A stretch of 51,503 nt of DNA, counting the filler, from Catajapyx aquilonaris (Eukaryota), in assembly GCA_000934665.2 (NCBI GenBank). It is 2 parts of 2 records of this genome, joined end to end, with 100 filler letters (N's around TTAATTAATTAA, not from the genome) between each part and the next. Parts side by side here need not be neighbours in the genome. Positions count along the whole stretch, not along the records: positions 1 to 25,705 come from KZ539329.1; 1 more part is not named here. One strand, 5' to 3'. This document shows positions 1 through 11,010 of the stretch, one piece after another. Made by a program: the position numbers and the translations under genes. How positions within the stretch are numbered: the stretch's first letter is position 1; every line of letters begins with the position of its first letter. The notes beneath the pieces are model-generated. The model saw only the letters and a list, made by a program, of their open reading frames with translations, was not told where the DNA came from and searched no databases.

Positions 1-89
1 GGAACGCGTAGCGCCGAAGGCGCGCCAATTGGGGCGCAGCCCCAAGGGGGGGTGTGGGGGGGCGGAGCCCCCCCGCCTCGCAAAGCGAG
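1..89 (+). mobile_element. 3' end of a Helitron-like non-autonomous repeat (truncated by window edge)
   Basis: Three consecutive GC-rich hairpins (gcgcc-gaa-ggcgc, gggg-cgcag-cccc, ggggg-cggag-ccccc), typical of invertebrate Helitron/Helentron subterminal regions. It abuts a second element at 90. Confidence 0.45.
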
Positions 90-396
90 TCTATATATAT
101 ATAAATAAAGACGTTTGTGAGTCTGTCTGTCTGTCCGCCTGCCAACCGTCATTTGCCTGCCATCTGTGCTCCACCCCCAGGCCGGGAGAGGATGGAGGTG
201 TTGGGGGTTGACTACAGATGGCAGGCAAATGACGGTTGCCGTTATACAGGTGGGAGAGGTTGAAGGTGTTGGAGTAGCAGGACCACAGATGGCATTGGTG
301 GGCGGACAGACATGAAGACAGACAGTTGACGGGGCTACTGGCAGGTGTTTTCCCTTCATTCATTTCTTCCCAGGCAACGCCGGGTGCCGCAGCTAG
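90..396 (+). mobile_element. Non-autonomous Helitron
   Basis: Has a 5' TC start (tctatatatatataaa), an internal (gtct)n tract, and a 3' GC-rich segment ccaggcaacgccggg ending in CTAG (393-396) followed by T. No TSD. Confidence 0.7.
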
Positions 397-469
397 TTAT
401 AAATAAAACTCCTGCCACAGAATGGAAGTTGCTCATACCCTCCAATTTGAACATGACCCACTCCTTGTG

Positions 470-575
470 GTACTATATCGCTCAAAAAGATAGAGACGAT
501 TGGCATTTGATTCAAGTGCAAGTTGCACTTGAGTCAAATGCAAAATCGTCTCTATCTTTTTGGGCGATATAGTAC
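470..575. repeat. About 105-bp near-perfect palindrome (foldback MITE, possible TA TSD)
   Basis: gtactatatcgctcaaaaagatagagacgatt...tcaagtgcaa-g-ttgcacttga...aatcgtctctatctttttgggcgatatagtac. It is intronic in the Munc13-4-like gene. Confidence 0.75.
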
Positions 576-614
576 ATAGGCCTATGAACTATAAGTTTCG
601 CTGGCTATACTCAC

Positions 615-3600
615 TTTGATATTGCATCCACTATAGCTTCCACTCCTGTATTGTCCAGCATATTATAGATGGAACTTTTGACCCATTTGATGTCATTCAG
701 AATCATGCACACTGGTTCTGAAGTAACACCATGAGATGGTGGTGCTGTGGGCAGGAAGTGGCCTTTTTTCTCCAGTCGGACCACATTTACCTCCGCATAT
801 TCTAGACCCATCAACACTGTATGCCCTTGTATCATATGAAATGCAATGGATAAATAAGTACACGAAAGCAAAGCCATTTCTATAAAGTGTCATGGATGAG
901 AACAACTCACTCATGAAGCCCTTCAAAATAACATAGAACTCCTTGGACAATGGCCATCGAAGTTTCTTATAGAAGTCTTGCAGCATGAAAAAGCATTCGA
1001 CTATATGCATAGCCGATGCTGTGATACGGTATTCCTCAAGTTTTTCTTGTTCGTCACGTTCTATAACTCCACGGATCTATACAGTAACAAATTAAAACCA
1101 TTTTAGATATTTCCATGGTGTATACAGTCATATAGTTAGGGAAACATGAGTTACGGTTGTAATCAGGCACATTCATAAGCTCTACTGTATGACTTGCTAT
1201 ACAGCTTAAGTTTGGATATTATGGTCACCTCACAAATTATGCTATGATTTTTGTAAGGTTTGGGATGACCACAGCTTCGTTGTAATTCGCTCTTATGGTA
1301 ACTTGCTTTTAAATGACAACAATGATTACATCATTCCAAACTTAGAAAATCAGAGTGTGTGTACGGAGTGTAAATATTAGTATGTCTACAGAGTGTTCCA
1401 AATTAGTGGGTCACTTCTTGATAACTGATATCGCCCGATATTAGTTATCAAGAAGTGACCCACGAACCTGGAACACCCTCGAGGGGTGTTCGATAAATAG
1501 TGAGCCTGAGCTACCTATGAAGGAGTTGTCCTATAGGTGAATGGCACTTTAGTACTTCTTTACATAGTCCTCCTGGAGTGTGATTGCACTTCTCCCAGCA
1601 GTGGTCCAGCTTTTTGTCCCTTCACGAATCAATTATTTGTCTTAGTCACCACCCCATTTACAGACAGCATCCATGACGGCAGCGTCACTGTTGAGACCCT
1701 GTTCTTTCAATAGTGTTGGGAACAGGTGATAGTCTGATTGTGCCAAATTGTTGAGTGACACCATCTGACTATCACCTGTTCCCAACACTCAGACGACACC
1801 TGGAAGACAGCGTTTCAACATTGACGACGACGACATGGATGCTGTCCGTAAATGGTATGATGACCAAGACAAATCATTTTTTTGCGAAGGGACTAAAAGC
1901 TGGACCACTGCTGGGAGAAGTGCAATCGCACTCCAGGAGGACTACGTAAAGAAGTACTAAAGTGCCATTCACCTGGGACAACTCCTTCAAAGGGTGGTCA
2001 CTTATCCTGTACCTGGATCTGCATTGCTAGTTTCTGTTACTGATCTGATCTCTCACATGGGTATATCTTCCCTCCTTGGACTCTACTGTATGATTGTATA
2101 CATTTAATTAGTGCAAAATAATTTTATTTCAACGCAGTGTATAAAAGAAAAGTGCTTAGAGTGTTTTTAAAGGAACTCGCCTGAAGTCTATTTTTAGTCA
2201 GAGAATATTCCATCCAAAATGGCACGTGGACTTGGAACCAAAAGTGATATTTGTTTACATCTGCCCATGACCTCAGGTCACCGTGAAGATTTCTGGGATA
2301 TTCAGCAAACTCCTGCACAAGCAAGAAGAGATCATACATATCTTGAGAGATCCTAAGATCGTCCTCGTTGAGATGGCCTTCAACGTGCTGCTCGATGGAA
2401 ATCATGAAGAGCATTAACCGTTGCATCAAAAATACAATGATACTTGTAAGTCAATAACCACCTGTCTGTGTACTTCAAGAATGCTGCAGATGGTGCTGAC
2501 GTTGGTTCTGATATCACGGAGTACTACACTCTGTCCTTCATTATATATTAATTGCAGATAATGCAAATTTAAGTGCTCTGCGATGTGTTCGTGGTATACC
2601 TTCGAAGTCTGCAGTACCACGTTGTTAACTTCCTCCATGATTTTCTTCAGGTTGGCCACCAGGATGTCGGGGTTCTTTAGGTCTAAGATCATAGTGCTGA
2701 CAAGGTTGTCGTACCAGGACTGGAATACCGCTTGTAATCTTCCGGGAACAGTATATCTCACGTCTTGGAGGTGAGTCTGCCCTTCCTGCCCGAGGGAACT
2801 GAACACGCGTTCGGACCTCGAGTAGAAGTCAAACCAAATTTTCAAGGTTGACACCTTATCCTGCTCATCGTCTAGGGACTCCAACCAAAAGTTCTCGATA
2901 TGTGCAAGGTTCGCCTGGCACATTTCTTGGAGTGATGAACTTATTGTTGACCTGTCTTCTGCAGAGTACAGATATTTCCTGCCATAAAATATAATGTGTC
3001 TGAGACTGTTTGATACGAGATGCTACACGACAAACTCACTGCAATGCATTGTTCATATTTTCAGCCCTTAATAGGTCTGTAACGAATGGGCGCTTCTGGA
3101 ACCCATGTATATCGTGGAAGCACTCAACCAGCTCCACGTCAGTTTTTGGCTCCAGAAGGTCCGTTTGCAGGGAGAATTGGAATAGAAGAGATTGGCCAAT
3201 GTCACAGAGTTCGCCAGACCAGTTTGTTAGTTCCTGTGCACTAATATGGCTGATCGAGGCTTCTTGGTCTAAAAAGATTGTCCACAAGTCCGACAGCATT
3301 GTCTGAAAAACAACACTATCAGCATACTATTCTGTTTATGAAGGGTACATTCATTTACTAGATAATAGCGGAATGGGTGGTCACCTCACTATGTCACCTC
3401 ATTTAGGTAGACACTCAATCAGCATTTGTTCTGTATTTTTGATGTCCATTAATGCTACTCACCGCTGCTAAGTCTTTTTCCAAGCGCATGTGTCCCGTCC
3501 GATCCATAGCGACGTATATGCGAATACGTACGGTACCACTTGTAGGTTTCCCATCTCTGTCAAATAAGGAGTACCAGTTGTCTGTGCCTTCAGCGGGGAT

Positions 3601-5360
3601 TTCCTTCACATCTATTAGGATTGTCCTCCCAAAGAAGGTGCCAAAACGGGCAGAACAAGGGCGGTACTCTTCTGGGGTATCATCCGATAGCGTGGACGAA
3701 CGGATCATCGTGCTTGGTGTCTGTCTGGACTCGTCTTTATCGCGCACCCACACTTCAACATGAAGCATATCGTCATTCGGGCGCAGAAGGGGTACCTGCA
3801 CAAGGTCATGGGAATTATCTGCTTTGTACAAGTAGGCTACGTATTTTACTTCAGTATTGACCCCCTCTGTGGTATACCCATGTGTTCAGCTTAACCCCCT
3901 TGAAACACCCTTATATTACATCACAACAAAGTGCCAAAAATTTGTTGCTAGAGCATGCCTGAAACGTGTCTCCCCATACGGGGTCTCCTTCTCCATCATT
4001 GATTCCATCTTTCAACTGGGTGCGAAATTTCTGGTGGACTTGGAGGGGGATATTGGTACTTGTCCCATTGCTCTTAGTTGTCTTCTTGGTACTCAGCTCA
4101 TTTGGCGCGGTCACAAAGTCGGTCGGGGTGAACAAGTATACCATGCAATAGAAGTTGCCAATATATTCCACACCATTTCCTTTTAGGTCACTTCCTTCCT
4201 CGACAATGACGTGCACCGTAGGCTTCTGAGCCGCTGTTTGTTTTGTCAGGTTCTTTGCCAATTTGTTGTGGGCCTGATCTTCCGCGTCGAAGGCCTTGGT
4301 GGATGGAAAAGCACTTCATTAATGAGGGCATAACAAGCGGGAGGGCGGGGTTCAAATCTCGTCCCCGTCGCCTCTGCTCGGCCGGGTCTTTTTCCGCTTT
4401 TCACCCGACATGCCGGAGCACAATTGCATTCCCTTCTCTGCTCGGGGCCAGGAGAAAAGGCTTGGTGTTTAAAGACTGTCAGAAATGGCTATCGCACGGT
4501 GTCCTCCCTTGGGAACTTCCCCTTTCCCCCTAACGCCCTAAGAGGGCCTCGAGCCCTATCACGGGGTAACAAAAAATAAAATAAATAAAAATAAAATAAA
4601 ATAAATAAAAATAAATAAATAAATGAGGGCATAACGGATGTTATCAAATGTCAGTTGTTGCCAGCAATAGATATCCTGGAAACCAGCATGGTTCTACGAA
4701 GGTATTTTGGGATAATTCCTGATTTATTAGGCAAGAAAATATTCCAAAATCCAGGACATATTTATTTAGGGTCGTATTTGTTAATAATAAATCGAGAACA
4801 AGTGACTGATCCTTGTTATCTATTGTTACTTTGAACATTGTTATTCTGAATATTGTCATGAACGATGAATAACAAGGGTCACTCCTTTGTTATGTTATTA
4901 ATGGCTGGGGTTGCACCACTGAAGGTAGATTGTCAGCCAAGGGTCTTATGTTTTCCATTGGTTGTTAGTTGTTTCAAAATCATGATAACATCCACTAAAC
5001 TTCCATCAACGCCTAAATTCTGTCAATGCTGCAACGCAGCCTAAAACGTTTTAAAATGGAATACGATGACAACAATCCCCAACCCCCAAAATTAGTTTAG
5101 GCCTACTGGTTTTAAAACTTACTATTCTTGTGTATGATACTAGTTCAGTCTTATCATATGGAAATTTCTCCGATGGTATCCCCACAGCTGTTATCGCCGT
5201 GTAAAGGGCTTGCGTATACAACTCTTCACGCCTAGAATCTGTTTAAGTACCAAAATACATTGCACAATAGCATTATTATACAGATAGTAATATGAGGCGA
5301 CATAAAAAACCAAGAATGAAGCTGAAACCTACTTGAAATCTGGTCCGAATACTGCATCAT
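615..5360 (-). CDS. Diverged Munc13-4/BAIAP3 (unc-13D family)-like protein, C2A + MUN domain; 3' part lies outside the window
   Basis: Reconstructed exons: 5360-5333, 5238-5123, 4294-3959, 3795-3463, 3302-3040, 2978-2462, 2387-2181, 1076-911, 825-615. All phases are compatible, giving about 725 codons without a stop. Family motifs appear in the expected order: EELYTQALYT...ELVSYTRI|AFDAEDQAH; C2 strands VHVIVEEGSDL, DPVWGDTFQ, MLHVEVW, IDVKEIPAEGTDNWYSL; WSGEL; YHFWF...FW; IRGVIERD...SAMHIVECF...KLRWP; VCMILNDIKWV. Introns 3 and 7 need GC donors. The 28-nt first exon is the least certain. Confidence 0.85.
1389..1479. mobile_element. Short Tc1/mariner-type MITE (palindromic)
   Basis: TA followed by cagagtgttcc...gtgggtcacttcttgataact / agttatcaagaagtgacccac...ggaacaccct, forming an inverted repeat. 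It directly abuts the mariner remnant. Confidence 0.6.
1480..2005. mobile_element. Mariner remnant made of two inverted 3' ends (foldback)
   Basis: Mariner-type TIR cgaggggtgttcgataaatagtgag at 1480. The + strand at 1755-1955 encodes a degenerate mariner transposase C-terminus (PSDYHLFP...FF.KG...WEKC...GG.Y). The same sequence is present inverted at about 1518-1750. Confidence 0.75.
4335..4621 (+). mobile_element. 5'-truncated tRNA-derived SINE
   Basis: Perfect 14-bp TSD aatgagggcataac (4321-4334 and 4622-4635); tRNA T-arm/B-box ggttcaaatctc (4349-4360); A-rich (aaaat/aaat)n tail at 4571-4621. Confidence 0.85.
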
Positions 5361-5683
5361 GACTAAAGCGTGTGCAGACGAATTTAGAATGTTTACCAAA
5401 TAATGACAAGAAACGTTGCGTGGAAACAGTAAACAATTAAAAAGTGAACACATCATATACGATACTATTTGCATTTTTTTTTGCTCATTTTGATGGAGGA
5501 TTTAGCTTTATATGCGTCTGGAAATGTAAATGACAGTATGGTGTAAATAATTAACAAGTTTCAGTTCATTAATGCCAAATACGGTAGGCCTACTTTCTTT
5601 TGTACATCCTGAAGAAGATAAGAAATGATAGTGTGCTAGGTGGAAATTTATCTTCTGTTCATTGCGTTTATGACCAGAAATAC

Positions 5684-5684
<1 letters not shown>

Positions 5685-5730
<46 letters not shown>
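5685..5730. repeat. (AAT)n microsatellite
   Basis: Pure trinucleotide run. It explains the poly-Leu in ORF 5508..5780. Confidence 0.95.
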
Positions 5731-5731
<1 letters not shown>

Positions 5732-5800
5732 TGAAGTGAGCTGCAAAAGAACGGGCATATTTTTTCAGAGATATAATCATTTTGTCAAAATAATTTGTTA

Positions 5801-6770
5801 CCCTCCCTCGCGACCCACAGTTTGTGAAGCCATGATCACCGCCCTGCTATTGTCACCATTTGACCTTGCGGGCTGTGTTTCCCCCATTAGACAGGTTCCT
5901 CTCGAGCTGACAAAAATAAATGGGAAATCCTACATTGGGCCCACACAGGGAAATATTTCCACGGTAGATGAATTTCTGCTACAGATATAGGTTGCACTAT
6001 TGTAGGGAACTATTGCTAAATTGTTTATTTTACTCACATGATTATTTCGAGGACTGCCCTAGCCGAATTTCAAGCGGATTTGACATGATTCTTGTCCTGT
6101 CTGCAACCCATGGAAATATCAGGATTGGCCCTTGTGATCTTCAATGCTCACTCTGGATGCATTCCCCGACAACCATTGGTGGGTACAGTCATACGTATCA
6201 TATTTTGGGGCTTTGGAGGCCAGAAATCATTGCTCATGGACTACCGTACTTATAACATGAAAGAACTATTACAGGCCCTCAATATTATAGACCCTTAATA
6301 ATAACACCAACCTTTAGGCGAAGCCAATATACGCCAGCAAGGAAGAGAAACATGGGTATAGATATGCTGTGGAGTCCTCTTCCATCATGACAATCAGTAA
6401 CCACTTCCCAAAATAGTGAACACCAGTTCCTGGAACTGAATGGTTCCAGGCCAGTTCCACAGGGACCCTGTACACTGGTTCCAGGGAGTGGTTACCCCCT
6501 CGATGACAATGCCCCAGCACATTCGAGACATGCTTCCTAGTTCTCAGCAGCTCACATCTGCATGGCTGTGAGCTACTAAGTAGTTCTATTTACCAGACCT
6601 GGCCCCATCGAACACAATATGCATGTTTTAAAGGAATCCTAGGAAGTAAAATAATACAGTAAATAGGTAACTTGTAGAACAGCTCTTTTGCTTGATCCAC
6701 TCTCATACATGGTGGCACAGTCTACAAGAAAAGTGGATGATAGAATTTCAAAGCAATACTCTCAGGTGAG
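5801..6770 (-). pseudogene. Decayed 3' half (late MUN + C2B) of a Munc13-4/BAIAP3-like gene, copy 1
   Basis: Minus-strand fragments across frameshifts and stops: HVSNVLGH; FQELVFTIL/EVVTDCHDGRGL (cf. family L..FFHA.G.GL); VPTNG...HP/RVSIE/IFPWVADRTRI..PL (cf. C2B LP.DSNG.SDPFV.IEL...FP...KT); DF...LMGET. Residual splice donor GTGAGT near 6037. Near-identical to 13742-14583 and 15102-15250. Confidence 0.55.
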
Positions 6771-8066
6771 GTTTTGGGGGGCAAAGGTCAAGCTATTAAA
6801 AACCGTAGTTTCCAACCGATTTTCTTCAAATTTGTTGTACAGGTGGCCCACCCCAATCTATGAAATACTGACATAAAGTGACCTGCTTATAATGACCCCG
6901 TGACCCCTATTTTGGGGCGCCATGTCATCTCGATTGACCGAACATGATAAACCTATTGTGATTGGTCAGGTACACCTTACACGCATAGGCTACAGAATAT
7001 GAAAACGACGGTAATATTTTACGATAATGTTCAGCATAAATTTATAATCGTCATCTATCCTTTCGTCTTGTTTTTGTTCCGACGAAAATGCACAATGTCA
7101 GACAATTAAGGTGGAAATGAAGCTAATCAAATGAGAGTCTAGAATTGGAATGTTAATAAGAAGGGCTAAAATCAGGGAAACATACGCAACCGATGCAGCA
7201 GCAAATGCTGTTCAATCCTATGCATTCCATTCGAATCTGCGTTTTAAACTCGATTTAATATGGGCCTATTACCGGCTGCAAGTTTTTGTGCGCAGGCGCA
7301 ATTTTCACGACTGCCAACTTAAACATGGTATTTGGAGGTGTGCTTAATATTTTTTTATTTTTGATGGAAATCGATTTTATTCGGTCGTAATTACGAGGTC
7401 CCAATTTGTCATGGCATTTTTAAAAGTTTAGTTCCGAAAGGGGAGCCTGTAGCTCTTCATTTGTGTCGGATTTGGAACACGTTCAGTTGGTACGCGTGTG
7501 ACAGATAGAAGCGGCAACGCAGGCAAGGTCCGGGCCAATTATCGCGTAGCCGTATGTGACGTCATTGCCGGGTGGATTCGAACGAAAATCCTGTGTGAGC
7601 CATTGTAAAAACCATCATACTAACTTGCACCAAGCTTGCACTCACATTTCGCGGTCGTATGCAACCGTATCTCGCTACCGTAAACAACGCTGTGTTGCCA
7701 CTGCCTCACTCGAGTGGACCAATGTGACGTCACTGGATCATTTTCGGATCGTTTTTCAGCAATACAAATTGAAAGAGCACGGTGAGGTAGGTTTTTCTTT
7801 TTGCGGTTACGATCAGTATATAATTCCCGACATATTCCACATTAAATTTTAAAATTCTCATTTGCTCATCATTTTTTTGTGGACTATTGAAAATTCTGCC
7901 ATAAGGGCCCATGTTAAATCGCGAACTTCTGAGCCCTCCAGTTCGCTAATTTGCACGGTGACGTGTATTTTTCTTTGCACCATTGATAAGAGGACACAAA
8001 ACTGCGTAACATATGTTTTTTTCATAAAATTCTCATTCAGTGACTCTAGCTTCATTTCCACCTTAA

Positions 8067-8544
8067 AGGGACACTCCACTCAAAATACAAGTTGGCCCCC
8101 AAAAATCGGGCAAGAAATCCTGATTCCGAATGTGCAATCGGTTTTTTCCTACGCCCAACGGTAACACGGAAAATAATATATCTACACACGTCGTCTGCTA
8201 AGAAGGGCGATACAACAGCATCTCGCGGCAAACCGGAGAAGTAGGGCCGATGGCTCTTCCAGGGTCACCTACATGAGTGCCTCCCCCACCTAGACAGTTA
8301 GACAGTTAGGGTGGGGGAGGCAACCATGTAGGGGACCCTGGTGCGCCAGGCCACCGCCTCTAGTTCCGCCCGGTTCCACTTGGTGGCGTTGCCCACCGCC
8401 CCGCGCGCGGTTTTCGAACGACACACTTCCAGCTTTCACACTGGCCTTACCGTTCGTCTCCAAGAAAAACTGCTTATACCCTCGGAATCAGGATTTTTTG
8501 CCCGATTTTTAGAACCCAACTTGTATTTTGAGTGGAGTGTCCCT
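8067..8544. mobile_element. Kolobok-like non-autonomous DNA transposon
   Basis: TTAA TSDs at 8063-8066 and 8545-8548. AGG...CCT termini, with roughly 60-bp imperfect TIRs agggacactccactcaaaatacaagttgg / ccaacttgtattttgagtggagtgtccct. Confidence 0.85.
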
Positions 8545-9349
8545 TTAAAAATCGTTTTCGTCGTTCAGGACTTAGGCCCGAGCAACGAGTTTTACTAAAC
8601 GGCAATTTAGGTCCAGTTCAACATATTATTTTAAAAAATAAAATAAAACCGTCGCAATCACAACGTACCATACTGTATCGTTTTCGCAGCGGGCATTGTT
8701 GGTCGACAGTAGTTGTCACCTAGATAACAAGTATGTGTGGAATTTCCCCCCTTGATCTCGATAGCGGTGAAAACAGGAAAATAGTGAAAATACCTCGGAA
8801 AACACTGAAAATAACTAAACACTCGTAACAGTAACACAGCTCTGCTGTTACAAACGTGTGAGTCATAACACAGAATTTTGTTTTTAGTGGTGTACAAATG
8901 CGCAGTATACAGTATAATGTAATTAATTGTGCATTTTCCATCTTGGGAGGGCTGGTCCCATGGTCCTGTAAAATGGGGGGGGNGGGGGGGAGAATGAGTG
9001 ACATTTTCCTTTGCACTACCGGAGGCTTGATGGCTTGGACAGTGCACATTAGCACAACTGCGCAGAAACAGCAGTGTCCAGCATTTAGAGCCTGTTCCGG
9101 AACCTACATAATTATGTTATTAATGGGTGTCACATAGCATAATCATTGTGACATTCCACCTGGATCCAAATCAACAGAAAATAATTTGCGCCAGGTAGGC
9201 AAAGTAATGAGGAATCTGCCAAAAAAAAAGGGCCTCCCAAGGCCACGAGCCAGGAATTATACATTTATGCTACATAAGGCTAGTTGAAAGAGGGCCTGGA
9301 TCCATGCCTTTGCAAGATAAGGCAAAAGGCTTGCATTCACACAACTTTC

Positions 9350-10946
9350 TCCCTGGAGGCTGATTGGACTAGAAAACCAGACCCATCGTTCGAACCTGGT
9401 TTTCTTAGGGGTGCCCGATACACACAACGAGAGCTGGGATGAGTCCGAGGAGCAAGTCAGAAAGGTCCTATCGACGTACAAATTGCACCCAAACGTAGCA
9501 CAGGTGGAGTTTGATCGAGTACACCGTCTTGACCAGAGGGTGGGAGCAATATATTTCCCTACCCAGCCAAAGTGTGGCCATGTTAGGAAAGCATCAGCGC
9601 CTTGGTTTGACGCAGAAGTAAGTAATGCGAAACAACGCCTGGGAAGTTCCCTGCGTGGCTCTATGAAAATGGGAAGGGGGGGCGAACTGGGAGGCTTACT
9701 TACCACCTTAGCCTATGCTGATGACATAATTTTGTCATGTGACAGCCAAGCCTATCTTCAGAAAAACTTAAACTGTTTGAGGGATTACTTTCTTTTGAAT
9801 GGCCTGTGTTTGAACCTAAAGAAAACAAATGTGATGTATTTTAAAACGGCCGGTTGCCGGCCGAAATGCACTTTCTTTTGGGACACTGTGCCGCTTAACT
9901 GGACCTCCACATATACCTATCTTGGTATACCGTTTTTTCCACGGGAAGCTTTACGTTGGCGGCGGAATGTCTTAAAAAGAAGGCCAAAGTGGCAATCAAT
10001 AGCCTGTGGAATACAATGCTACGCCTGAAAGTCCGTGACGTTCAGGTAGCACTTAGGCTGTTTGACGCCCAAATTGCTCCCATAATTCTATACGGAGCCC
10101 AGGTCTGGGGAATTGCGCACTTACAGATCTTTGATCAGGTTCAAAATTATTTCATGAAGAGGTTTCTCCAGCTCCCATCCAACACGGCAAATTATTTTTT
10201 AAGGCTGGAACTAGGCATTAGACCACTTTCTGGAAGAGCCCTGAGATTGATAGGGAAACAACTGATAAAGCTGACCAACCTTCCTACCTCCCGGCTCCAG
10301 AAACTGGCATATCTTAGTTCCAAAAACCAGGCGGCGGCTACATTCCCAAGCCTGAACTGATACCGAGAGTTATCGGAAGTGGGCTGTGATGACTTGGAAT
10401 TACTGGAACTCTCATTGGGTGCGGGTATTCAAGTTTATGAGGAATGCTAGTCACCTGGCACTTACTCGTTCAACCCGATATGCTCATTATCGGGATCTAG
10501 TCCCGGAATCATCTCCGCCTTGGTATTTGGCCTTTTGTTTACCACGTACTGCCTATCACAAGGCTGATGGCCAACCTCAGAAACCAATTCCCCTCAATAT
10601 ATATATATACGCGGCCGGAAAATTGTTTTCGATGATACACTTCCCTGTACTTGATGTAACTACTCTCACGAGACTTTCTCATTGCATCATGTCTTGTACA
10701 ATTGCCCTGTCTTTATTACGCCCAGGAAGAATTTTGTGTCAGATCCGAGGGTTTTTCCAGCCGATGAGACCCACCTTTTGTTTGGGAACCTGCCAAAAGA
10801 GGTGGCATACCGTCTATTCAATTTTTTTGATAATGTGGGGAAAAGGATTTATTTTTAAGGGTACTGCTTTATTGGGTGATGATCTGTATCTGAGAGTTGT
10901 GACCCCCCCCCCCCCCCAAGAGGGCCCTGCTCTGAATCGGGGTAAC

Positions 10947-11009
<63 letters not shown>

Positions 11010-11010
11010 A
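9350..11010 (+). mobile_element. Internally deleted non-LTR retrotransposon (LINE; RTE-X/L2-CR1-like, clade not resolved)
   Basis: ORF1-type segment LENQTHRSNLVFLGVPD...EFDRVHRL; ORF2 linker PWFD; RT motifs LAYADDIIL, LNLKKT, YTYLG; C-terminal LFDAQIAPIILYGAQVWG...LELG. Frameshift near 9935 and a stop at 10358-10360. (TAAA)16 tail at 10947-11010. The 5' boundary is approximate and no TSD was found. Confidence 0.9.

Noticed and set aside
392..420. Possible acceptor at 413-412 giving a short terminal exon (KSFIYN*) running into the Helitron
   Set aside because: It has no family similarity. It is more likely intron sequence with the next exon left of the window; this cannot be settled here.
2388..2461. 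Apparent frameshift between overlapping ORFs 2426..2923 and 2124..2429
   Set aside because: Explained by a 74-nt GT-AG intron, not by recoding.
4341..4372. tRNA gene
   Set aside because: Only a T-arm/B-box is present, inside a TSD-flanked SINE; there is no cloverleaf.
7150..8700. Larger DNA transposon hosting the Kolobok-like element
   Set aside because: The sequence looks repeat-like, but I could not find matching termini or a TSD.
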